From NCBI RefSeq assembly GCF_039654945.1, contig NW_027361924.1:10540001-10604000 (forward strand): a DNA stretch of 64,000 nucleotides, written 5' to 3'. Origin of the DNA: Dendrobates tinctorius (taxonomy: Eukaryota). The notes beneath the pieces are model-generated. The model ran no database searches. It was not told where the DNA came from and saw only the letters and a program-made list of their open reading frames with translations. Of this stretch, positions 29,332 to 41,574 are shown one piece after another; within the stretch, counting starts at the first letter, position 1; every line of letters begins with the position of its first letter. The translations under genes were made by a program, and so were the position numbers.

Positions 29332-29939
29332 ATCTGCTGTGGACTTTAGTGTTTGTGCAGGCATACAGCCCAGAGGTGCGGATTATATACCAGAGCCCCG
29401 GATCCCTCCCCACCCTGGGCTGAGGCCAAGTGTCATGACTCGGCACTGCACACAATAGTCGCCCATCATCCCAAGACCCTCTAACACCCTCACTATGTCC
29501 GCCAGCAGTCAGCAGACAGTCACATAGTTATCACTCTGATTATCGACCAAAAAGGAATTTCCATCACCCCGGCTGTTCATCCTGAGCCTCCTAGTTCACA
29601 AACAGAATGCAGGTCGGCAGTGAGGACTGACACCAGCAGAGGAATATGGAGCTTCATGTAGAAACGCAGAGAAAAGGCCGTAAATACGATTACGAGATAA
29701 GAGATCGTCCGCATCTCCTCCTCACTGTCCTGTGTCTGCAGCAGGAGCCTCTCCCCTCTGCCCGATCTATAGTAGGACAACATGTATGATGGCGGCCATT
29801 GGTGGACCTCACCTCATAGGACTTGGGAGACGCCGGCTACTATTCAGGATGGATAAGGGGTTACATTCTGGTAATTTGTGATCTGCTACATTATGGAAGC
29901 GACCCTGTATGCATCAGGAGACACGGGCCTGTGGATATG

Positions 29940-30078
29940 TACAGGAGAATATCATCACAAAGTGAATTTATTTCAGTTCTTCAATATAAAAAGTGACTCT
30001 CCTCTATTCTATAGAGTCATTACACACAGAGTGATCTATGTCACGGGTTTATTTCTGGTGATGTTGATGATTATGGCC
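29940..30078. mobile_element. Tc1-like terminal inverted repeat remnant (left end; partner end ~39640-39702)
   Basis: Near-identical to the TIR of the Tc1 elements at 41575 and 52380-52640. Confidence 0.7.
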
Positions 30079-30194
30079 AGGGCCGTGTTTGGCCTTCATG
30101 CTGCCCTAGGCACTTTTCGTGGTTGCGCCCCTTATAGACATCACACACTGAGTCTGTGCACACGACATCTATTTAAGGCAGAGCTACTCTGTAA

Positions 30195-30420
30195 GGCTAC
30201 TTTCACAGTTGCGTTTTTTTGCGCTGACGTGCGCATGACCATGTTGGTAATGACCATGACCAACAGGTTGCATTTTGTGCGCCCGGGCGCACACTACAAA
30301 AAAAAAACGCATGCGCATACAAACGCGTACAAACGCATGACAATGTGCACCCATGTTAAATATAGGAAAAAAACGCATGCGCAAAAGCGCCGCTCTAAAA
30401 AAGCAAGTGTGAAAGTAGCC
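30195..30420. mobile_element. Harbinger/Tourist-like MITE
   Basis: TIR ggctactttcaca ... tgtgaaagtagcc with TAA target duplication. Confidence 0.75.
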
Positions 30421-30671
30421 TAATACGCTTTAAAAAGCGATAAACACTAAAAGAATGAAGTCTGCACTTGCTGCGCACAGGATCAGTCTTTTGACCGTTT
30501 TTTTTTAACACCTTCAGCTTCTCAAAGTCATCAAGAGATTAAAATAGGTGACCGAACCATTGCTTCAGTGAGGAGAGGCCTAGTGATATAGAGACATGCT
30601 GTCTGCTCATTCACCCTCCTCTTTACTGAGGGTGTTCAAAGGGAAGCCGAGAGCAGACAGGTAGCAGGCGT

Positions 30672-32757
30672 CAGAGCGAGCCTGCAGCCACATTGTGTGC
30701 ACCCACACTGACACTTGGAGCGAGCCTGCAGCCACATTGTGTGCACCCACACTGACACTTGGAGTGAGCCTGCAGCCACATTGTGTGCACCCACACTGAC
30801 ACTAGGAGCTAGCCTGCAGCCACATTGTGTGCACCCACACTGACACTTGGAGCGAGCCTGCAGCCACATTGTGTGCACCCACACTGACACTTGGAGCGAG
30901 CCTGCAGCCACATTGTGTGCACCCACACTGACACTTGGAGGGAGCCTGCAGCCACATTCTGTGCACCCACACTGACACTTGGAGCGAGCCTGCAGCCACA
31001 TTGTGTGCACCCACACTGACACTTGGAGCGAGCCTGCAGCCACATTGTGTGCACCCACACTGACACTAGGAGCGAGCCTGCAGCCACATTGTGTGCACCC
31101 ACACTGACACTAGAAGCGAGCCTGCAGCCACATTGTGTGCACCCACACTGACACTTGGAGGGAGCCTGCAGCCACATTGTGTGCACCCACACTGACACTT
31201 GGAGCGAGCCTGCAGCCACATTGTGTGCACCCACACTGACACTAGGAGCGAGCCTGCAACCACATTGTGTGCACCCACACTGACACTTGGAGCGAGCCTG
31301 CAGCCACATTGTGTGCACCCACACTGACACTTGGAGCGAGCCTGCAGCCACACTGTGCACCCACACTGACACTTGGAGCGAGCCTGCAGCCACACTGTGC
31401 ACCAACACTGACACTTGGAGCGAGCCTGCAGCCACACTGTGTGCACCCACACTGACACTTGGAGCGAGCCTGCAGCCACACTGTGTGCACCCACACTGAC
31501 ACTTGGAGCGAGCCTGCAGCCACACTGTGCACCCACACTGACACTTGTAGGGAGCCTGCAGCCACACTGCGTGCACCCACACTGACACTTGGAGCGAGCC
31601 TGCAGCCACATTGTGTGCACCCACACTGACACTTGGAGCGAGTCTGCAGCCACATTGTGTGCACCCACACTGACACTAGGAGCGAGCCTGCAGCCACATT
31701 GTGTGCACCCACACTGACACTTGGAGGGAGCCTGCAGCCACATTGTGTGCACCCACACTGACACTTGGAGCGAGCCTGCAGCCACATTGTGTGCACCCAC
31801 ACTGACACTTGGAGCGAGTCTGCAGCCACATTGTGTGCACCCACACTGACACTAGGAGCGAGCCTGCAGCCACATTGTGTGCACCCACACTGACACTTGG
31901 AGGGAGCCTGCAGCCACATTGTGTGCACCCACACTGACACTTGGAGCGACCCTGCAGCCACATTGTGTGCACCCACACTGACACTTGGAGCGAGTCTGCA
32001 GCCACATTGTGTGCACCCACACTGACACTAGGAGCGAGCCTGCAGCCACATTGTGTGCACCCACACTGACACTTGGAGGGAGCCTGCAGCCACATTCTGT
32101 GCACCCACACTGACACTTGGAGCGAGCCTGCAGCCACATTGTGTGCACCCACACTGACACTTGGAGCGAGCCTGCAGCCACATTGTGTGCACCCACACTG
32201 ACACTAGGAGCGAGCCTGCAGCCACATTGTGTGCACCCACACTGACACTAGGAGCGAGCCTGCAGCCACATTGTGTGCACCCACACTGACACTTGGAGGG
32301 AGCCTGCAGCCACATTTTGTGCACCCACACTGACACTTGGAGCGAGCCTGCAGCCACATTGTGTGCACCCACACTGACACTAGGAGCGAGCCTGCAGCCA
32401 CATTGTGTGCACCCACACTGACACTTGGAGCGAGCCTGCAGCCACACTGTGTGCACCCACATTGACACTTGGAGCGAGCCTGCAGCCACATCTGACACTT
32501 GGAGCGAGCCTGCAGCCACATTGTGTGCACCCACACTGACACTTGGAGCGAGCCTGCAGCCACATTGTGTGCACCCACACTGACACTTGGAGCGAGCCTG
32601 CAGCCACATTGTGTGCACCCACACTGACACTGCAGCCACATTGTGTGCACCCACACTGACACTTGGAGCGAGCCTGCAGCCACACTGTGTGCACCCACAC
32701 CGACACTTGAAGCGAGCCTGCAGCCACACTGTGTGCACCCACACCGACACTTGAAGC
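30672..32757. repeat. 44-bp minisatellite (~47 units)
   Basis: Unit gagcgagcctgcagccacattgtgtgcacccacactgacacttg. Confidence 0.96.
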
Positions 32758-32782
32758 GCTCTGCTGCACTCATCCAGTGTCG

Positions 32783-33012
32783 CTGGTTTCACACTTACAT
32801 TTTTTTTTTCAAATCAGCCAAAATCAGGTTTTTCAGCCTAATCCTGATCCTTTCAGGATTCAGTTTTTGCCCATTCACTTACTTCAGGTTACTTTTTAAC
32901 ACCATTAAAGTGAATGGACAAAAAATTGAATCCTGAAAGGATCAGGATCAGGATTTGGATGAAAAACCTGATTTTGCCTGACTTGAAAAAAACACAAGTG
33001 TGAATCCTGCCT
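32783..33012. mobile_element. Palindromic MITE
   Basis: Ends ...tttcacactt / aagtgtgaa...; internal arms aaaatcaggtttttca / tgaaaaacctgatttt and atcctgatcctttcaggattca / tgaatcctgaaaggatcaggat. Confidence 0.65.
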
Positions 33013-33229
33013 CAGTGTGTAAGCGCAGACTTGCAAGCTGATTTTAGACAGCATCACTTTTACTAGCGGAGTGCTGACAATATAGACAAACTTTAGTATA
33101 CAAATACGAGAGTGCGGAGAAACACCCTCATTTGCATATTAAATAAAGTAGATTTTACTTTATAGCGCCAATAAAAATTATTCTATAGGAATATGCCCCC
33201 TCATCCCCATTCTAAAGTGTCAGCCTGCA

Positions 33230-36200
33230 TAGCACCAACCTCCCCTGTCACCAGCCTCCTCTCACCAGTATACAGCACAGCCTCCCCTGTCACCAGCCTC
33301 CTCACAAGTATACAGCACAGCCTCCCCTGTCACCAGCCTCCTCACCAGTATACAGCACAGCCTCCCCTGTCACCAGCCTCCTCACCAGTATACAGCACAG
33401 CCTCCCCTGTCACCAGCCTCCTCACCAGTATACAGCACAGCCTCCCCTGTCACCAGCCTCCTCACCAGTATACAGCACAGCCTCCCCTGTCACCAGCCTC
33501 CTCACCAATATACAGCACAACCTCCCCTGTCACCAGCCTCCTCACCAGTATACAGGACAGCCTCCCCTGTCACCAGTCTCCTCACCAGTATACAGCACAG
33601 CCTCCCCTGTCACCAGTCTCCTCGCCAGTATACAGCACAGCCTCCCCTGGCACCAGCCTCCTCGCCAGTATACAGCACAGCCTCCCCTGTCACCAGCCTC
33701 CTCACCAGTAATACAGCACAGCCTCCCCTGTCACCAGCCTCCTCACCAGTAATACAGCACAGCCTCCCCTGTCACCAGCCTCCTCACCAGTATACAGGAC
33801 AGCCTCCCCTGTCACCAGCCTCCTCTCACCAGTATACAGCACAGCCTCCCCTGTCACCAGCCTCCTCTCACCAGTATACAGCACAGCCTCCCCTGTCACC
33901 AGCCTCCTCACCAGTATACAGCACTGCCTCCCCTGTCACCAGCCTCCTCACCAGTATACAGCACAGCCTCCCCTGTCACCAGCCTCCTCACCAGTATACA
34001 GCACAACCTCCCCTGTCACCAGCCTCCTCACCAGTAAACAGCACAGCCTCCCCTGTCACCAGCCTCCTCTCACCAGTATACAGCACAGCCTCCCCTGTCA
34101 CCAGCCTCCTCACCTGTATACAGCACAGCCTCCCCTGTCTCCAGCCTCCTCACCAGTATACAGCACAGCCTCCCCTGTCACCAGCCTCCTCACCAGTATA
34201 CAGCACCGCCTCCCCTGTCACCAGCCACCACACCAGTATACAGCACAGCCTCCCCTGTCACCAGCCTCCTCACCAGTATACAGCACAGCCTCCCCTGTCA
34301 CCAGTCTCCTCACCAGTATACAGCACAGCCTCCCCTGTCACCAGTCTCCTCTCACCAGTATACAGCACAGCCTCCCCTGTCACCAGCCTCCTCACCAGTA
34401 TACAGCACAGCCTCCCCTGTCACCAGCCTCCTCACCAGTATACAGCACAGCCTCCCCTGTCACCAGTCTCCTCACCAGTATATAGCACAGCCTCCCCTGT
34501 CACCAGCCTCCTCACCAGTATACAGCACAACCTCCCCTGTCACCAGCCTCCTCACCAGTATACAGCACAGCCTCCCCTGTCACCAGCCTCCTCTCACCAG
34601 TATACAGCACAGCCTCCCCTGTCACCAGCCTCCTCTCACCAGTATACAGCACAGCCTCCCCCGTCACCAGCCTCCTCACCTGTATACAGCACAGCCTCCC
34701 CCGTCTCCAGCCTCCTCTCACCAGTATACAGCACAGCCTCCCCCGTCACCAGCCTCCTCACCTGTATACAGCACAGCCTCCCCCGTCTCCAGCCTCCTCA
34801 CCAGTATACAGCACCGCCTCCCCTGTCACCAGCCTCCTCACCAGTATACAGCACCGCCTCCCCTGTCACCAGCCTCCTCACCAGTATACAGCAGTCTCCC
34901 CTGTCACCAGCCTCCTCTCACCAGTATACAGCACAGCCTCCCCTGTCACCAGCCTTCTCACCAGTATACAGCACAACCTCCCCTGTCACCAGCCTCCTCA
35001 CCAGTATACAGCACAGCCTCCCCTGTCACCAGCCTCCTCACCAGTATACAGCACAGCCTCCCCTGTCACCGGTCTCCACACCAGTATACAGCACAGCCTC
35101 CTCTGTCACCAGTCTCCTCACCAGTATACAGCACAGCCTCACCTGTCACCAGCCTCCTCACCAGTATACAGCACAGCCTCACCTGTCACCAGCCTCCTCA
35201 CCAGTATACAGCACAGCCTCCCCTGTCACCAGCCTCCTCTCACCAGTATACAGCACAGCCTCCCCTGTCACCAGTCTCCACACCAGTATACAGCACAGCC
35301 TCCTCTGTCACCAGTCTCCTCACCAGTATACAGCACAGCCTCCCCTGTCACCAGCCTCCTCACCAGTATACAGCACAGCCTCCCCTGTCACCAGTCTCCT
35401 CACCAGTATACAGCACAGCCTCCCCTGTCACCAGTCTCCTCACCAGTATACAGCACAGCCTCCCCTGTCACCAGTCTCCTCACCAGTATACAGCACAGCC
35501 TCCCCTGTCACCAGCCTCCTCACCAGTATACAGCACAACCTCCCCTGCCACCAGTCTCCTCACCAGTATACAGCACAGCCTCCCCTGTCACCAGCCTCCT
35601 CACCAGTATACAGCACAGCCTCCCCTGTCACCAGCCTCCTCACCAGTATACAGCACAGCCTCCCCTGTCACCAGCCTCCTCACCAGTATACAGCACAACC
35701 TCCCCTGTCACCAGCCTCCTCACCAGTATACAGCACAGCCTCCCCTGTCACCAGCCTCCTCACAAGTATACAGCACAGCCTCCTCTGTCACCAGTCTCCT
35801 CACCAGTATACAGCACAGCCTCCCCTGTCACCAGCCTCCTCACCAATATACAGCACAGCCTCCCCTGTCACCAGCCTCCTCACCAGTATACAGCACAACC
35901 TCCCCTGTCACCAGCCTCCTCACCAGTATACAGCACAGCCTCCCCTGTCACCAGTCTCCTCTCACCAGTATACAGCACAGCCTCCCCTGTCACCAGCCTC
36001 CTCACCAGTATACAGCACAGCCTCCCCTGTCACCAGCCTCCTCTCACCAGTATACAGCACAGCCTCCCCTGTCACCAGTCTCCTCTCACCAGTATACAGC
36101 ACAGCCTCCCCTGTCACCAGCCTCCTCACCAGTATACAGCACAGCCTCCCCTGTCACCAGCCTCCTCACCAGTATACAGCACAGCCTCCCCTGTCACCAG

Positions 36201-37405
36201 TCTCCTCTCACCAGTATACAGCACAGCCTCCCCTGTCACCAGCCTCCTCACCAGTATACAGCACAGCCTCCCCTGTCACCAGCCTCCTCACCAGTATACA
36301 GCACAGCCTCCCCTGTCACCAGCCTCCTCACCAGTATACAGCACAGCCTCCCCTGTCACCAGCCTCCTCACCAGTATACAGCACAGCCTCCCCTGTCACC
36401 AGCCTCCTCACCAGTATACAGCACAGCCTCCCCTGTCACCAGTCTCCTCACCAGTATACAGCACAGCCTCCCCTGTCACCAGCCTCTTCTCACCAGTATA
36501 CAGCACAGCCTCCCCTGTCACCAGCCTCCTCACCAGTATACAGCACAGCCTCCCCTGTCACCAGCCTCCTCACCTGTATACAGCACAGCCTCCCCTGTCA
36601 CCAGCCTCCTTACCAGTATACAGCACAACCTCCCCTGTCACCAGCCTCCTCACCAGTATACAGCACAGCCTCCCCTGTCACCAGCCTCCTCACCAGTATA
36701 CAGCACTGCCTCCCCTGTCACCAGCCACCACACCAGTATACAGCACAGCCTCCCCTGTCACCAGCCTCCTCACCAGTATACAGCACTGCCTCCCCTGTCA
36801 CCAGCCTCCTCACCAGTATACAGCACAGCCTCCCCTGTCACCAGCCTCCTCACCAGTATACAGCACAGCCTCCCCTGTCACCAGCCTCCTCACCTGTATA
36901 CAGCACAGCCTCCCCTGTCACCAGCCTCCTCACCAGTATACAGCACAGCCTCCCCTGTCACCAGCCTCCTCACCAGTATACAGCACAGCCTCCCCTGTCA
37001 CCAGCCTCTTCTCACCAGTATACAGCACAGCCTCCCCTGTCACCAGCCTCCTCACCTGTATACAGCACAGCCTCCCCTGTCACCAGCCTCCTCACCAGTA
37101 TACAGCACAGCCTCCCCTGTCACCAGCCTCCTCACCAGTATACAGCACAGCCTCCCCTGTCACCAGCCTCCTCACCAGTATACAGCACAGCCTCCCCTGT
37201 CACCAGTCTCCTCACCAGTATACAGCACAGCCTCCCCTGTCACCAGCCTCTTCTCACCAGTATACAGCACAGCCTCCCCTGTCACCAGTCTCCTTACCAG
37301 TATACAGCACAACCTCCCCTGTCACCAGCCTCCTCACCAGTATACAGCACAGCCTCCCCTGTCACCAGCCTCCTCACCAGTATACAGCACAGCCTCCCCT
37401 GTCAG
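33230..37405. repeat. 40-bp minisatellite (~100 units)
   Basis: Unit cctcccctgtcaccagcctcctcaccagtatacagcacag, with 41-43-bp variants. Confidence 0.97.
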
Positions 37406-37589
37406 CAGGATTGTGCACAGTAACCTACAGACAGCGTCAGGTTGGCGCCGTTATACTGATTAGGGCAGAGACACACTGCTTTATTTCTCGTGTAAGAATT
37501 GCATCATACACCTCACACTGGCTGTCGGCTCTCCTGACCTGAGCTTCACAGCTGCATTGTAATTCATCACGCTGTCATGCTCAGGTCAG

Positions 37590-38408
37590 TGCGTTTCCTG
37601 AGCCTACTGGCTCACTTCATCAGGGCAGATTACATTGAAAGACAATGAAACATTCTTATAGAGAAAAAAAAAAAAAAAATTGGTGCCAATGCAGGGTTAA
37701 ATGACATCAACAAAGGTCAAAAAACAAAAAAAAAAAAAATGAATGAAATTTTATTACAACATAAAAACACTACAGTAAAGTGTATTAAAATAAGAAAAAG
37801 TATAAAATTATGCAAAAATAAAAGTAGAAAAGTGCTATGGGTCACGGGGTAAAAAGTGACTAAGGTTAATAAAAAAAGGGGGGGGGGGAAGGGGTGAGAC
37901 CTCAAGGAGTATTAGAACCTGGCTCATGAAGTGCAGATGTGTGCTGTAAATTGCAAGTACCAGGTATTAGTCCACTAAACCATTGGATTTAGCTGAAGTG
38001 GTTTAAGAAAAAATTTTTTAGAAATTATTTGTTTTATAAAAATCCAGCAAAATAACTTGAAGTGGTATTAGAACCTGACTAATATAGTGCAAGTACAGGT
38101 TGTAAAGTACGAGGTATTACCTTCAATGTAATCTGCCCTGATGAAGTGAGCCAGTAGGCTCAGGAAACGCGTTGGCTGAATAAAGAACTTTTATACTCCA
38201 CCAGAAGCAAGCGCAGTCCTTATTGCACTTTCACGCCGTTTTGCAAATTTGTCCTAGGACCCTGTGCAGACTTGCTGCTGCTTCTCATGCGTTCATGGGT
38301 GTTGTGACTTTCTCACAACCCCAATAGGTGAGCACCTTCCTTTTTCTCTGTTAATGTGTTTTTTGATACGGATTTACACAGTGGATGCGCCCTGGTTTTT
38401 TTCCCTTT
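37590..38408. mobile_element. Penelope-like retroelement fragment with inverted pseudo-LTR, inserted in a MITE
   Basis: 13-bp TSD atgctcaggtcag (37577-37589, 38409-38421); perfect 49-bp inverted repeat 37591-37639 / 38122-38170 holding a hammerhead core; AATAAA just downstream. Confidence 0.75.
38132..38179 (+). ncRNA. Minimal type I hammerhead ribozyme motif (Penelope-associated)
   Basis: gcc-CTGATGA-ag-tgagcc(agta)ggctca-g-GAAAC-gc-GTT-ggc: conserved core, 6-bp helix II, palindromic minimal helix III, helix I gcc/ggc. Confidence 0.65.
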
Positions 38409-39043
38409 ATGCTCAGGTCAGGAGACGCGCCGGCCAGTCCGTGCAGTGCAATGCGATTATCGCATGAGTTATACGGCCGTGTGACTCCAACCTTACAGTG
38501 ATACCTGGGGATGAAACCGTCCTGTGGTTTTTTTAATCTTTATTTTCAGTTTTTAGTCAACGTTATGCTCGTGCTCAGGGGCGGCCCGTGGGGGTCTGCA
38601 CGTGATCCCTCACGGACTTGCCACCTACTATTCATAATGAATGTCAATATCTCTAAGATATATATATATTCTTGGGGGAAAAAAAATCCCCTTCTGCAGG
38701 CAGACGCCGGCGGTGGCCCCTGCGCTGCAGCATGATCACATATGTAATGTGTATAGTATTCATTCATTTAAGGTTATCCTGAAATGAAACAACAGAATCA
38801 GTTTGATAATGACGCCGGCCGCGTCTGCGCAGTAGCAGCTGTCGGTGTATAGAAAGGTGATCCGACAGCTCCTCCAAGATGGCGCTGCCGGCACCTGTTG
38901 GAGATGTATATAACATTCAGTACGTAAAATAGGGGGCAGTAAGGGTTCAGTGACCAGACAAAAGCTGAAGCCATACTGATGAAAACCTAAGCACCACATG
39001 AAGAGCTCTCACCGGCCTCCCCGGAGCATGGGCCTATCATTAA

Positions 39044-39634
39044 AGCGAACCTGTGAGCTTTTTTGGCCGATGTAAGCTGCGGCCACCGCCTTTCAGGGCT
39101 GATATAGAGCATTCTCTCATGCTGTAGATAAGCGCCCAACCCGACCTGAAAGATAAGAAAAATCACTTTTATTATACAGGGGCGGTCTGATGGGTGTCGC
39201 AGGTCTGGGTCCGGCGCCTCTCCTCTCCTCCCGTCTCCTGTTGCTTCATCGCTCCCCGGCATTACACTCCTGCACAGGCTCCCCGGCGTCACGCTCCTGC
39301 ACAGGCTCCCCGGCGTCACGCTCCTGCACAGGCTCCCCGGCGTCACGCTCCTGCACAGGCTCCGCGGCGTCACGCTCCTGCACAGGCTCCCCGGCATCAC
39401 GCTCCTGCACAGGCTCCCCGCATCACGCTCCTGCACAGGCTTCGCGGCATCACGCTCCTGCACAGGCTCCGCGGCGTCACGCTCCTGCACAGACTCCCCG
39501 GCATCACGCTCCTGCACAGGCATACTGATCTGCCCTGTTGAGGGCAGAGCAAAGTTCTGAATTATAGAATGCTGTGGATAAGCCCTGAAAGGTGACTGCA
39601 TCTTACATCGGCCAAAACTGCTGACATGTTCGCT
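39044..39634. mobile_element. TTAA-flanked T2/Kolobok-like MITE containing a 27-bp tandem repeat (39262-39520)
   Basis: TTAA-agcgaacctgtgagc ... gctgacatgttcgct-TTAA; internal unit cacgctcctgcacaggctccccggcgt, about 9-10 copies. Confidence 0.82.
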
Positions 39635-39704
39635 TTAACTGAAAACTGAAAATAAAGATTCACTTTTTGATTATATTATAATTTAGTGAGAAGCAGCTGT
39701 ATAT

Positions 39705-39877
39705 GGCCGGGATCTCACATGTGAGAAGCTCGGCTGAGTCTCGCATGTTAATACCCGGCACTGCCGCCGGCACTCAGGAGCGGAGCGTGCGGCTCCATGT
39801 ATTGTTACGTGCCGGCGGCAGTGTCGGGTATTAACATGCGAGACTCAGCCGAGCTTCTCACATGTGAGATCCCGGCC
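39705..39877. mobile_element. Near-perfect palindromic Harbinger-like MITE
   Basis: ~69-bp arms ggccgggatctcacatgtgagaag... / ...cttctcacatgtgagatcccggcc; TAT duplication; absent at the equivalent site near copy B (~52640). Relatives at 55545-55728 and 56770-56930. Confidence 0.8.
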
Positions 39878-40593
39878 TATATAGGATTATTTAAGTCACT
39901 GACAGCAATCAGGGATCTTGAAATAATAAGGGATTGAACTGCAGATTAACGACATTGTGATGTTTTTTGGTTTTTTTTACATTTAAAGGTAAATGCCACT
40001 GGAATTAATAGGAGGCGGCCAGCCCTTTTCCTAGGACTTTCCCCGGTTTATGTTGATTGGTTGAATGTCTGCGGCAGACAATCAGCACTCGGCTTGCAGG
40101 CTGCCATTGTGAATGTGGCTCAGTATCAGATCCTTGGCTCGCATGTCTCCTCTTTCTATGGACGATCCGTGCCCTGAAGGCGCAGAGAATCCAATCCCAT
40201 GACCCGGGCGGCGGCTGCCGTGTAATCCCAGTATTGAAATGCGGTTTATAATCCCACTGCACATAATAGGTCGTGTGGTGGAGTAATCCTCTGCAGCCGC
40301 CGGCCTGATACCGGAGACACCGCGCAGGGACGTCGTCCTAGAAAAGAGCGAACCGCCACAAATCACCGGCCCCCGAGCTCCGACAGTGCAGGGGGGCACT
40401 AAGCTTATCCTACATCTCATCACTGTGGAAAGACAACATTTCCTAGAAAGCAAATCACCTGGACAAGCAGGGAATGCTGGGAGATTTCAGCTCTGAAGAC
40501 TGCAGAATTGAGAATGCAGCTCTGGATTATAAAATTCAGCTCATTTTAGAGTTGTCAATTCTGTTTTTTTTTCTGTTATAGGACAATGTAAGT

Positions 40594-41372
40594 CGCCCCA
40601 TCACCCTGCAGAACATCGCCCCATCACCCTGCAGAAAATTGCCCCATCACACTGCAGAACATCGCCCCATCCCCCTGCAGAACATCGCCCCATCACACCG
40701 CAGAACATCGCCCCATTACCCTGCAGAATATCGCCCCATCACCCAGCAGAACATCGCCACATCACACCGCAGAACATCGCCCCATCCCCCTGCAGAACAT
40801 CGCCCCATCACACCGCAGAACATCGCCCCATTACCCTGCAGAACATCGCCCCATCACCCTGCAGAACATCGCCTCATCACTCTGCAGAACATCGCCCCAT
40901 CACCCTGCAGAGCATCGCCCCATCACGCTGCAGAGCATCGCCCCATCACCCTGCAGAACATCGCCCCATCACCCTGCAGAACATCGCCTCATCACCCTGC
41001 AGAACATCGCCCCATCACACCGCAGAACATCGCCACATCACACTGCAGAACATCGCCCCATTACCCTGCAGAACATCGCCCCATCACACTGCAGAACATC
41101 GCCCCATCACACCGCAGAACATCGCCCCTTCTCCCTGCAGAACATCGCCCCATCACACTGCAGAACATCGCCCCATCACCCTGCAGAACATCGCCCCATC
41201 ACGCTGCAGAACATCGCCCCATCACCCCGCAGAACATCGCCTCATCACTCTGCAGAGCATTGCCCCATCACGCTGCAGAGCATTGCCCCATCACCCTGCA
41301 GAACATCGCCCCATCACCCTGCAGAACATCGCCACATCACACTGCAGAACATCGCCCCATCACCCTGCAGAA
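40594..41372. repeat. 23-bp minisatellite (ctgcagaacatcgccccatcacc)n, ~34 units
   Basis: Tandem units; same family as 59341-61350. Confidence 0.95.
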
Positions 41373-41574
41373 CACTGGTTGTTACGCAGTTTACCCATAG
41401 AGACCAGTCTGGCCCGGGAGGGGCTCAGTGGCCCACCCTATGAACTGTCCTATCCTGCAATTGGGTTAGTAATCAGATTTTTTTTGTCTTAAAGTGGATG
41501 TAGAACCTCCTGAAAGGATCCGTCCTGGTGCAGTTATCCTTGGAGGTTGTCAGTATCGTAACTGGAAATTAATA

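Noticed and set aside
29813-29870. Possible 5'-UTR exon of NMRAL1-A (gag|gtgagg on the - strand)
   Set aside because: Donor is altered in copy B and the region is absent in C; unsupported without transcript data.
30636-32792. Cys-rich metallothionein- or keratin-associated-like ORFs (CQCGCTQCGC)
   Set aside because: Product of a 44-bp minisatellite read in all three frames.
33193-34721. Mucin-like Pro/Ser/Thr ORFs
   Set aside because: Translation of the 40-bp minisatellite.
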